A stretch of 64,000 nt of DNA from NCBI GenBank assembly GCA_024679065.1, contig JAGIQG010000008.1, positions 96,906,001-96,970,000 on the forward strand, written 5' to 3'. The notes under the pieces were generated by a model. That model was not told where the DNA came from. It saw only the letters and a program-made list of their open reading frames with translations, and did no database searches. Origin of the DNA: Sphyrna mokarran (lineage: Eukaryota). Shown one piece after another: positions 36,170-47,796 of this stretch. How positions within the stretch are numbered: the first letter of the stretch is position 1; each line of letters opens with the position of its first letter. The position numbers were made by a program, and so were the translations under genes.

Positions 36170-38820
36170 TACATTATACTACATCTACCCATTCACTCAA
36201 CTTGTCCAAATCACACTGAAGTATTTCTGCATCCTCCCACACAAACTTTGTCACCTGCAACTATGGAGATATTACATTCAGTTATATCATTAATATGCAT
36301 AGTAAATAGTTGAGGTTCTAACACTGATCTCTGTGGGACACCAATAGTCACTGCCTACCACATGGAAAAAGTCTTGTTTATTCCTACACTTTGTTTCTTG
36401 TTTTCCTACCAGTTTTCTTTCCAGTCAATATACTACCCCCAATCCCACATTCTTTAATTTTACTCTTGAAAGCTTTCTAAAAGTCTAAATAAATCATAAA
36501 TGTTACTTCTTCTCATCAACTCCACTAGTCACTTTCTCAAAGAATTCCAGTAGATTTGTCAAGCATGGTTTTCCTTAAATAAATCCATCCTGCTCCTGTT
36601 TCCCAAGTGCTCTGCAATTAAATCTTTCATAATGGACTCTAACATTTTCTTCACCTTCAATGTTAGGCTGACTGGTTTATAATTCCCTGTTTTCTCTCTA
36701 TCCCCATGTTTAAATAGTTGGACTACATCAGCTATCTTCCAATCCACAGGAACTGATCGGGAGTCTATTGAACCTTGTCGATGGCTGCTAATTCATCCAT
36801 TATTTTCAGGCCACTTCCTTAAGTACTCTGGGATGCAGATTATCAGGCCCTGGGGATCTATTAGAACACAGAACATTACAGCACAGTACAGGCCCTTCAG
36901 CTCTCGACGTTGTGCTGACCAGTGGAACAAATAAAATGACCCTCTAACTAAACTAATCCAATGTTATCCATATGCCTACCTTCTGACCATTTGAACGGGC
37001 TTAAAGTTGGTGAGTCCACAACTGCTGCAGTCAGTGCATTCCACACCTTTACTGACCTCTGAGTAAAGAACCTACCTCTGACATCTGTCCTACAATTACC
37101 ACCCCTCAATTTAAAGCTATGTCCCCTTGCGTGAGCCATCACCATCCGGGGAAAAAGGCTCTCACTATCTACCCTATCTAACCCTCTGATCATCTTGTAT
37201 GCTTCAATTAGGTCACCTCTTAACCTTCTTCTCTCTAACGAAAACAACCTCAAGTCCATCAGCCTTTCCTTATAAGACCTCCCCGCCATACCAGTCAACA
37301 TCCTGGTAAATCTCCTCTTCACCCTTTCCAATGCTTCCACATCTTTCTTATATTGCAGCGACCAGAACTGTGCGCAATACTCCAAGTGCGGCAGCACCAG
37401 ACTTTTGTACAGTTGCAACATGATCTCACAGCTCCAAAATTCAATCCATCTACCAATAAAAGCTAACACACTGTACACCTTCTTAACAGCCTTATCAACC
37501 TGAGTGCCAACTTTCAGAGATCGATGCACATGCACACCGAGATCTCTCTGCTCGTCAACACTACCAAGAGTCCTTCTAATAGCCTTATATTCTGTACTCC
37601 TGTTACTCTTACCAAAGAGAATCACCTCACACTTTTCCACGTTAAACTCCATTTGCCATCTCTCAGCCCAGCTGTGCAGCTTATCTATGTCCCTCTGCAA
37701 ACTATAACATCCATCCTCACTGTCTGCAACTCCTCCGACTTTGGTGTCGTCAGCAAATTTACTAGCCCATCCTTCTACACCCTCATCTAGGTCATTTATA
37801 AAAATGACAAACAGCAGTGGCCCCAAAACAGAATCCTGAGGCACACCACTGGTAACCAAACTCCAGGTAAAATATTTCCCATCAACCACCACCCTCTGTC
37901 TTTCAGCTAGCCAATTCCTAATCCAAACTGCTAAATCACCCTCAATCCTATGCATCTGCATTTTCTGCAGTAGCCTACCATGGGAAATCTTATCAAATGC
38001 TTTGCTAAAATCCATATACACCATGTCAACTGCCTTACCCTTATCCACTTTTGTGGTCACCTTTTCAAAAAACTTGATAAGGTTTGTGAGACACGACCTA
38101 CCCTTCACAAAACCGTGTTGACTATCTCTAATCAATTTATTTTAGTCTAGATGATTATAAATCCTATCTCACATAATTCTTACCAAAACTTTGCTCACAA
38201 CAGAAGTAAGGCTGACCGGTCTATAATTCCCAGATGGTCTCTACTCCCCTTTGTGAACAAGGGGAAAACATTTGCTGTCTTCCAGCACTATACCTGTAGA
38301 CTATTGGTCTTCAGTCTCATCAATTTCCCCAAAAGCATTTCCTTACTAATACTTATTTCCTTCTGTTCCTCCTTCTCAATAAACCCTGTGTTCCCCAACA
38401 TTTCTGGTATATTATTTGACCCCCTTTGTGAAGACAGAACCAAAACTTCTATTTAATTGGTCAGCCATTTCTTTGTTCTCCATTATAAGTTGCACTGTTT
38501 CTCACATATCTATGAAGGCTTTTACAGTCAGTTTTTATTTACACTACAAGTTTGCTTTCGTACCCTATTTTCTTATTCAACCCCTTTGTCCTCCTTTGCT
38601 GACTTCTAAACTGCTCCAAATCCTCAGATCTGCAATTTTTTGTTTCTGGCCACTTTGTATGCTTCTTACTTGGATCTTGTAATATCTCTACGTTCTTTTG
38701 TAATCCATGGTTTGGCCACCTTTCCCATTTTATTTTTGCAGGAGACAGGAATGAACGATTGTTGCAGTTCACCCATGCGCTCTTTGAATGTTTGCCATTG
38801 TCTATCCACCATCATCCTTT
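36170..38820 (-). mobile_element. Old CR1 fragment interrupted by a younger CR1
   Basis: DWKIADVVQLFK...GNYKPVSLT; the host sequence resumes after 38300. Confidence 0.75.
36863..38300 (-). mobile_element. CR1 LINE, 5'-truncated, with a 395-aa open RT/C-terminal frame
   Basis: ORF 36948-38135; ctatt duplicated at 36858-36862 and 38301-38305. Confidence 0.93.
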
Positions 38821-39802
38821 CAAGCAAAAGTATTATATGGGAAATTGTGAGGTTATTCATTTGGTTGTAAAAATAGAAAAGTAGACTATTATTAAAAGGA
38901 GTGAAACATATGAATTTTGATGTTCAGAGGAACTTGTTTGTCTCTTAAATGGAATACTGGATGGTAGCATGCAGGTACATAAGGTAATTAGGAACGCAAA
39001 TGCCACGTTGAACTTTATTGAGACGGGATGTGACAGATCACCTCTCATTCTTCTAAATTCCCAATTACATAAACACAATTTACCAAGCCTCTTCTCACAG
39101 GAAAACCCTCTTATCCCAGGGAAAGATCCAATGAACCTTCACTCTGTACTTCCAATGCACTTCCTTATTACTTTGTGACCAAGATTGATGACTTATATGG
39201 TGAGTGCGTTGCCTAGCCAATTCATAATTAGGTTTATTTGCCAATTAATGTAATTTATAATTCATAATTGCCCATAATTGTCCTGTTAGAAACATAGAAA
39301 ATGGAGCAGAATTAGTTGATTCGGCCCATCAAACCTGCTGTGATATTCAATATGTTCATGGTTGATCTTCTAGCTCAACACCATACACACATTTTCTCTC
39401 TATGTCCCTTGAGATCTTCAGTGTCTAGAAATCTAAATATTTCTTTCTTAAATATATTCACTGGGTGACTTGACCTCCACAGACTTTTGTGATAGAAAAT
39501 TCCACCACCCTCAGAATGAAGAAGTTTCTCCTGATGTCAATCCTGTGTTAATTCATAATTAACTGATTTTGGGCTTGAGTGTATAGAAAGTTTCCTAAGT
39601 CAGTATTTAGTGTTTGCTTTGCTTGACTTTTGTATAGTAATTTTTGTCAGTTACACACTGTGGAATCCTGTGGAAAATACCTGGGATTTTGGATTTCTTT
39701 TTGAAAACAAGTTACCAGCAGCTCATCCAAGATCCTGGCAATAACTTAATAATAAGGTATTTTTATATCAGTTATGTTTTAAAATATTAAATTATTTTAA
39801 AG

Positions 39803-40141
39803 GACCTTTAGAATTGGAGATATTTCCTTCACCACTGGAAGTTTCAGCAAATGAAGATGCTCTTCTAATGTGCAAATTTGATAAACCAGAATACGACCTC
39901 ACACACACAGCTGTTCAATGGATTTTTGGATCACAGACAAACCAGAGAGACATATATGTATTTAATGGAGGAGATCATTACCCAAAGAGAAATGGAGCAA
40001 AGTTGTTCGATGATGCTTTACGGAAAGGAAATGCTTCACTTTACCTTCCAAATGTACAGTTTGATGAAGCAGGAGAATATACATGCATAGTCATTGTTAC
40101 TCCCCAAAAAGAACAAATGAGTTCAGTGATGCAAGTATCTG
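39803..40141 (+). CDS. NCR3LG1: Paralogue B IgV exon, B7-H6/NCR3LG1-like
   Basis: C..W..C V-set pattern; GNASLYLPNVQFDEAGEYTCIVIVTPQK resembles recalled human B7-H6 [28 protein letters not shown]; 339 nt, phase 1-1, G|gtaaga donor. Confidence 0.88.
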
Positions 40142-40275
40142 GTAAGAGAGACTAAATCATTTTCTGATATGATAAATAGCTATTACACTCCCAGTACTGG
40201 CTTATACTGCTCTAAGTAATATTTGTTTGCAATCTACAAAAGGTAATAATTCATTGTAAGCATTAGACTTTTAGT

Positions 40276-40845
40276 GGGTGGTAGCATGGTGGCAGAGTGG
40301 TTAGCACTGCTGCTTGACAAGTAAATCCACGAGCTTTCGACACTATGTTGTGCCTTCGTCAGGCAAATGCAGTGTTTGCCTGACAAAGGCACAACATAGT
40401 GTCGAAAGCTCGTGGATTTACTATCAAATAAATTGGTTGGATTTTAAATTGGTGTTGCAAAACTTTACTGAGTTTACCCCAGTCCAACGCCGGCATCTCT
40501 ACAGCTTGACAAGTGCCAGGGACCTGGGTTCAATTAGGATCATACGTCATGGTGTTGTGTTAGCACATTCTCCCCATGTCTGCATGGATTTCCTTTGGGT
40601 GCTCCAATTTCCTTCTACATTCCAAAGATGTGATGCTTAGATGAATTGGTCACAGTAAATTGCCCCTTAGAGGCCAAAGATGTGCAGATTGGGTGGTTAG
40701 CCATGGTAGATAGTGTGGGTTATGGGGATGGGACTGCAGGGACGAGAGGGAAGTTTTGGGTAAGATACTCTTTCAGAGAGTTGCTGCAGACTCAATGGGC
40801 TGAATGGCCTCCTTCTGCTCTGTAGGGATTCTATGGTTTTATGGT
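40276..40845 (+). mobile_element. V-SINE interrupted by a Penelope-derived hairpin insertion
   Basis: SINE head at 40276, resuming at 40504; LINE-type tail. Confidence 0.8.
40320..40503. mobile_element. Penelope terminal fragment with a ~100-bp hairpin containing two opposed hammerhead motifs
   Basis: 48-bp arms at 40320-40422 with one mismatch; flanked by an 11-bp repeat gcttgacaagt. Confidence 0.85.
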
Positions 40846-40889
40846 TCTTGTTCACTTGGTGAATCTGAATTCACCAGATAGTAATACAA

Positions 40890-41128
40890 TTACAAAGACA
40901 GTTCGATGGGCTTTTGGATCACAGACAAACCAGAGAGTTATAGATTTATTTGATGGAGGAAATCATTATCCAAAGAGAAATGGAGCAAAGATGTTCACTG
41001 ACGCTTTATGGAAAGGAAATGCTTCCCATTACCTTCCAAATGTACAGGTTGATGAAGCAGGAAAATATACTTGCATAGTCATTGTTACTCCCAAAAAGAA
41101 CAAAAGAGTTCAGTGATGCAAGTATCTG
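40890..41128 (+). pseudogene. Partial duplicate of the IgV exon (pseudo-exon)
   Basis: Homologous to ~39905-40141; lacks the 5' part and first Cys; 1-nt deletion after VTP and a lost G before the donor. Confidence 0.85.
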
Positions 41129-41552
41129 TAAGAAAGTTATATTGGGTGGGTAGCTGTACTAAGACTACAAAGGTCAGTGTGAAGCTTGCATGGGACATCA
41201 AACAGAAGTTTTTTGATTAAATAAATACTCAGGAACAGTTTGACTTTTGAAAACTTATAATGGTGATATTGGGGACGATCTTACCAGAATTTGGCACATT
41301 CACAGTTCTGATGGAAACACTGTGGAAAACCCTCCAGCTTCACTGGCCTGTTTTATTTTCAGGGCTTGTTACTTTAATAGTTAAAAAACAGAGTGGTCGG
41401 GGTTTATGCTGTTGCTCTGGCAGGCAGGGACTCGTAGCGCTGGGAACCATCTCCACAATGACTAGGTGCCCTGATACCAAATAAGAATAAATTCCCATCC
41501 TCACCACAGAGGTATCTGGAGTCTCCTCTTCCCCCCACCACCAGAGGTATGT

Positions 41553-41882
41553 GGGGCCTTTATGGGCACAGTGGTTAGCTTTGCTGCCTCACAGTGCCAG
41601 CCATGGACCTGGGTTTGATTCCCGACTTGACTGGCCGTCTGTGTGGAGTTTGCACAATCTCCCCATGTCTGTGTGGCTTTCCTCTGGGTCCCCTGGTTTC
41701 CTCCCATGGTTGAAGAAATGTGAGTTAGGTGAATTGGCATGCTAAATTGCTTCTCAGTATTAGGGGTACTGGCTTGGGTAAATGCATGGGGTTGTGGGGA
41801 TAGGGCCTAGGTGGGATTGTGGTCGATGCAGATTCGACGGGCTGAATGGCCTCTTTCTGCACTTTAGGGATTCTATGATTCT
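41553..41882 (+). mobile_element. V-SINE (HE1-like)
   Basis: Head, V-core and ttctatgattct tail. Confidence 0.85.
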
Positions 41883-42287
41883 GTGAACCTGATTATGTTG
41901 CTGGTGAGGGGCGAGGAAAATCGGAAATTTCTGTCTTGCCAATGGGATTAATGATTTCCAGTTTACTCTGGATTTTGAAATCCCTTTGATGATCTTGTGC
42001 ACAGAGAAGGTGGGCTCATGATCCCGCCCAGAGTAAATAAAAATAAGGAAATGGGGAAATGTTGAGTAATGACTTTGCAACAATCTTTGTAGGAGAAAAA
42101 TACAAGAATAGCTTGTCAGACGTCCGAAGGGAACACTAAGAAGTAAAGAACTGAATCAATGTGGTAGCTTTTCAGATACAGCAGCTGGAATGCAGAATTC
42201 AAGTCTCTTAAAATAAGAAATTGCAACATCTAGTTTGATCTGTGACGCTGTATTAACAGCTTACATATCCTGTTCTCTTTCACACAG

Positions 42288-42593
42288 TTCAGCCAAAAGT
42301 CAATATGTACTTACAAGAAATTGCAACTGCAGATCGCACAGGGCACTTCTTGGTATGTGATGTGAAGGAATTTTATCCTAAACAAGTCAATATTAGTTGG
42401 TTAATGCTATCAGAAGGAAAAAAGGAATATATTTCAGAAAATCAGTCTGTCGAAGATTTAGTTACGAACAGTGATGGAACGTTTAGTGTTTCCAGTAAAA
42501 TAAGAGTTGAACCAACGTTGGATGATCGCACTAAGTATACATGTGTGGTGAAGCACAAAACCTTTCTTGGCGATTTTACACTGGACTCTGAAG
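42288..42593 (+). CDS. NCR3LG1: Paralogue B IgC1 exon
   Basis: LVCDVKEFYPKQVNISW...NSDGTFSVSS...YTCVVKH C1-set signature; 306 nt, phase 1-1; cacag acceptor and G|gtaagg donor. Confidence 0.9.
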
Positions 42594-42744
42594 GTAAGGT
42601 TTGTTTAGAGAAGATTGCAAGTTTTTCTCGTGATATATTTCTTTACAATAATGAAACTCCCAATTAGATTTCTCTTACATAACATCCATTGTTACAAAAC
42701 ATCTGCTTTTGGTACAAGCATTTCCTTTTTAAAAAAAGGACTCA

Positions 42745-43067
42745 TTGAATCCCTACAGTGAAGAAGAAGGCCTTTCAGCCCTTCAAGTCTACACCAACTC
42801 TCCAACATAGCATCTTATCCAGGCTCTATCCCCGTAACCCCACATGTTTACCCAACTAATCCCCCTAATCTGCACATCTAAAGACACTAAGAGGCAATTT
42901 AGTCTATCCTGCACATCTTTGGACTTTGGGAGGAAACCCAAGCATCCAGAGGAAACCCATGGAGACAGGGGAAAATGTGCAAACTCAACACAGACAGTTA
43001 CCCAAGACTGGAATTGAACCTGGATCCCTGGCACTGTGAAGCAGCATTGCTAACCATCATGCCGCCC
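42745..43067 (-). mobile_element. V-SINE (HE1-like)
   Basis: Reverse complement of the SINE head and V-core. Confidence 0.85.
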
Positions 43068-44716
43068 TGGTGAGAATCACACAGCCAGTTGGAAATGCAG
43101 GGCCCCAACATATGTAATGCTGAGACTTTTAAGATCAAGAGTACCCTGATCACAAAGTTAAAATTAAGCAGCCCCACAAAGGATGTTGAACCTCCCCCCA
43201 CCCCCACATAGAAACGGGAGCCTCCGTGGACATAGGCATTTTGCCTCATGGATATAGGGACCCCACTGCATGTACATTGGGACATCTCCCACAGAAATTG
43301 GGACATCCCAGCAGCCAAGGAAAACACCACCAAGCCCCACATGCACAACAGCCTGTCCCCAGCACCCCCCTTCTCCATGGAAAAGGGAAAACACTCCCCA
43401 AACATAGACGGAGAACCTCTCTCCCATATGGAAATGGGTAATTCCTCCTGCGTGTACCCCTTGTCAGTTCCTGCTGGATGTGACCCTTTTGGATGTGCCA
43501 GGGTGTCAGGTGCAGTGCCTAGGCAAGCCTCTCAACCCACGGGGCCCACAGGCATCTCTGCGCTCCCAGCAGTAGTGATTTGCGCTGATGTGACATCACA
43601 CCGCGGGTGGGGGGAGTGGACACTGTGGACAGACATTATAGTATCAGGCAATTACTTAGAATAAAATGTATTTAAATTTATGCAAATCAGGTTTAGACTT
43701 TCACTGGGCATGAATCTGATTACAGTCAGCGGGAGTGGGGTGGGCGTTGGGAACATGTTAAACTGAAATCTCTTTGGTGCAAATCCCATTTTGGCCATTT
43801 GTGAAGTTTACAGGATTTGTGATCATGGCTAATGTGGTTGTTAAATTGCAGCCTTTGTTTGTGGAATTTGTTATTTGTATGGACATGTCAGTAATTGAAG
43901 TTTGAAACAATCACCTTATCCCTCGCTCTGCTATTCTATGTGTTTCTCTCTTTATTTGAAGCTCAATCTTTTGACTTCCCTCACCCAGCTCTTCAAAGAA
44001 TTAGTATCACCCTGACACAGATCCCTATTTCATACACAGCAAGTTTACATATCACTGTTTGATAAAAAGGGAATGTCAAAGGCAGGTATGCAATTACACT
44101 GCATAAACTCTGAACTTTATACTGGAGTTGATCATTAAACACTGATTATGGTTAGAGTTCGATCGGCGTCCTTGCTCCTCCTTATCTGATAAAAGATAGA
44201 AATTTTAAAATTTTGTTGGAAGTGGAAGGGGCTACTGAAGAATTCGTAAACAGGCAGAGCAAACAGCTGCTCTACACATTGTAAGGACATTTTCCATAGT
44301 GGGTCCTTGAACAATGGTCAGACTCCTAAGCAACAAATCCAAAGGACCTGGTGCCTGTTCTAGCAACCTCGACTAAAAAGTTTGTTTCAGACTAAATTAG
44401 CCATGGCAGTGTGCATTTCACATGGATATGTGAGTTGGAATTTTACTGTCCTGCCCACCACGGAAATTGGTGCAGGCAAGAGGCGGACCATGGAAAGATG
44501 CATTGTCCTCAGGCAGGATTTTATGGCTTCAGGATGAGCAAGGCTGTAAAATCCTGCACATAAAGTATACCAATTTCCTGACCTCTTTTTCAAGTAAATA
44601 ATCAGATCTGATTGATAGAATGGGGTTCGTATGTCTTCCAATGACTATATACAAATTGTGCAATTATTTATTGTCAAGTTTTTTTAGAGATTGGTTTATA
44701 TTTTCTACTTTAACAG

Positions 44717-44815
44717 AGCATATACCTAAAGGAGCAATTATCGGAGGAATCTGTGGCTTTGCTGTGTTATGTATAGCATGTTTAGGAGTTTATTGCTGGA
44801 TCAAAAAACGTAAAG
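44717..44815 (+). CDS. NCR3LG1: Paralogue B transmembrane exon (EHIPKGAIIGGICGFAVLCIACLGVYCWIKKRK)
   Basis: 99 nt, phase 1-1; hydrophobic helix followed by KKRK. Confidence 0.88.
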
Positions 44816-46855
44816 GTACGGTCCTTTTCATTTCCAAAAAGAACTACAAATGCTAAAGTGAGAACTACCTGGATTTTGGATTTTTAAAGGCACTTTGTTT
44901 AAAGAAGCTGAATATCTGTTGTTAATGTATTTAGCTGCAGAAAGGTAATGATTCCTTGGCAAGTAATCGCCATTATTGAATTGCTTTGTTTTTCTAACAG
45001 TGGTTTCAGCTAACATTGGCCAGCTGCAATATGATAATTCTTGGTTCCCTGTTATTCCTTTCATGACAAATGGAGTCATTATGGCACAGAAGGGGGCTAT
45101 TTAGTCTATAAAGTCCAAGCCAACTGTCTGTGCAGTAACCCGGTCAGTCTCCTTCACCTGCTCTATCTCTGTGGCCCTGTAGGTTTATTTTCTTGTGCCC
45201 ATTCAATTCCCTTTTCAAATCATTTATTACTCCCCCCAGTCCCCATTGCAGGTTATTACCACCCGCTGTGTAAAATAACTCTCCTTCACTTTCCTCCTTC
45301 AACTCTTGGCCACAATCTTAATGTGTCAGCCAGCTTTTGTAGCATCAGCCTTTATTGGGGAGTGGGGGGGGCGGGGGGTGGTTTGCATTTTCAGCCCACA
45401 TCCACCATCAGAGATAATGGCAATAAGGATGGAAAATCTGGAGACAATCAGAAAACATGATTTGCTCTACAGAGATCGCGTTTCCCAATTTTCCACACCC
45501 CTTGCCAGTGACATTACAAGGTTCACACCTCAAAAGGATGAGAACCTCATTTTAATGGTTTTAAATAAGTTTTACTATAAATACCTAGCCCCCAACATTA
45601 TCTCACCCTCACTGAATATTCAAACTTTGCTGACGTGATATCACACCACTTCAGGGACACAAAGGTAAGCGTAAGCCTTCGGGGGAGAGGGATGTGACCT
45701 GGCACTGCCCCTTGGCACTGCTCTGTCGCATATGCCACAATTTTTCTCTAAGTTGACTCTCACTTTCTAATTCCAGGTGTAGCCTTCAATAGTGTTGGGA
45801 TTTCCTGCCACTCTAAGACCAAGTTGGTGGAGAACTCATCCCTGCTTTGTAGGGCAGTCCTGTACTATTCAATGCTCTGAGGAGATAAGTCTGCCTCTGA
45901 CAGCTCCTAATCATCTGATATAACTATGGAATCTTCTATACTACATTGCTACACATTGCTGTCCCTGTATCACCTTCCCCCAACCTACCCCCTCCCCACC
46001 CCCTAACCGTTACCCATGCAATCCTTTGGCCATTGATGCCATGAACTGGAAAGCGCTCTTTCAAGGTGTTGTCAAACATCTGTCTCCAATGATAAGTACC
46101 AGCTTCAGAGTAGCACACACCGTGAAGACGTTCATCTTCCTACTGTTGCTTCCTACTCTTACGGTTTGTTGAACTATGAGGTGGCTACCTCTTGGAACAT
46201 ACAACATAGAAAACTTCCTGATGCTGTGGATTCAGATATCTTCAGCAATTCCCCATTCCCAATAACATCCTTTCAATTCTGTTTTCATCTCCCTAATGTG
46301 TTCCTCTCAGTGGCGATTTGTATGTGTGAAATAATCCAAAGATTACAATCTTTAAGATGCTGACATTCAATTAGCTCCTGAATCCTGATTGTTTCCAAAT
46401 AGGATCTGAATCCTACTCTTTACCATGTTGTTTATCCTGACATGGATGGCAATGACGGGATCCATCTGTTCATCTCCAACAACATTACATACCAATTAGA
46501 AATGTACCTCACCCTGGCACTGGTGGACAACAAACCAAATGGGACTCTGGTCCTGCTTACAAAGAACGCTATCTGTCCCCTTAATTATTGAATCTCCCAC
46601 AAATATCACGCTAATCTTCATCTCCTTCCTTAACTTCTGACATTCTGCTGCTCCAATGCTACCATAATGGTGATCTGTCTGAATATCCACACTGGTAGCA
46701 GAAATATTGTGCCTATTAAATAGGATCAGTTTCTATGGTTTCTATCCAACCTGTATTCTGCTTAATCTACACACAATTAGTCACAGCAATCTTTTTCGGA
46801 ACTTGCACTTCTTTATAAGCTATCATCAAAGTCTAGTTAAAAGTGGTCAAGTACA

Positions 46856-47110
46856 TGGATAGCACAGTGGCAGAGTGGGTAGTACAGCTGCCTCACAGCT
46901 CCAGGACCTGGGTTTGATTCTGGTTTTGGCTGTCTGTGTGGAGTTTGCACGTTGACTCAGTGTTCGTGTAGGTTTCCTCCAGATGCTCCAGTTTCCTCCC
47001 AGGCTGTAAAGACGTACAGATTAGGTAGATCAGTAATGCTAAATTGCCAGTTAATGTTCAAGATCTGTAGGTTAAATGGACTGGCCATGGGATAGGATGG
47101 GGGATTCTAC
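46856..47110 (+). mobile_element. V-SINE, present only in the first array unit
   Basis: Head and V-core; absent from later units and from paralogue A. Confidence 0.8.
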
Positions 47111-47742
47111 TGCTTCCACCCTTATGTGTCAGAGTGCCTCCAGTTCACAATCCAACTCAATGATTCTGTGTTCAGGCAATTTGATACACAGCAGACGTAT
47201 TTGTTTGGGGCTATACCAAGATCCAGAATCATTCACCTACTGCATTCCAGACAGAAATCCTGCTCTGCTTTGAATTAATATAAATTTTATAATCATCAGA
47301 GATTTGGTTCTGATTCATTTTACTTGAATGATGGAAGAGTCAAGACAAATGTTTCATTTGAGTTATATCAAAAGTTCCTAATATAAGGTGTTGAAACGAG
47401 AATCTAGAAGGGCATAGTTATAAAATTCTCACATTCAGGAATTTCTTGTTTGTTAAAGTTTATTTGTTAATTACAATTAGGCTTACATTAATGCTACAAA
47501 GAAGTTACTGTCAAATTCCCCTAGTTACCACAGTCCGGCTCAATGCATGTCTTTCAGAATGCTCGGAGGAAACCAGAGCACCTAGAGGAAACTTACTCAG
47601 ACCCGTGGAGAACTTGCAAAACTCCACACAGAAAGTGACTTAAGCCAGGAATTAAACCTGGGTGCCTGGTGCTGTGAAGTAGCAGGGCCAACCAGTGTGC
47701 CATTGTGCCTGTTAATGTATTTTGATTGCATTGTTGTTTCAG

Positions 47743-47796
47743 GACCAGGCAAACCAGAGAAAAGTGAAGATGAAAGGAGCAGAGCTCTTCTAAGAG
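47743..47796 (+). CDS. Micro-exon 1 (GPGKPEKSEDERSRALLR)
   Basis: ttgtttcag acceptor, G|gtaaat donor, 54 nt. Confidence 0.8.

Noticed and set aside
39803-42593. Alternative identity as tapasin, SIRP, MHC or antigen-receptor V-C1
   Set aside because: The F-G strand pattern EAGEYxCxVxVTPxK and the leader-V-C1-TM layout fit B7-H6 best; no RSS or J segments seen; not confirmed by a search
44044-44085. Possible 42-nt stalk exon (VYISLFDKKGMSKA; also 438-479) with a good CAG|gtatg donor
   Set aside because: Weak aag acceptor with no pyrimidine tract; conservation is explained by the recent duplication; C1 splices in frame to TM without it
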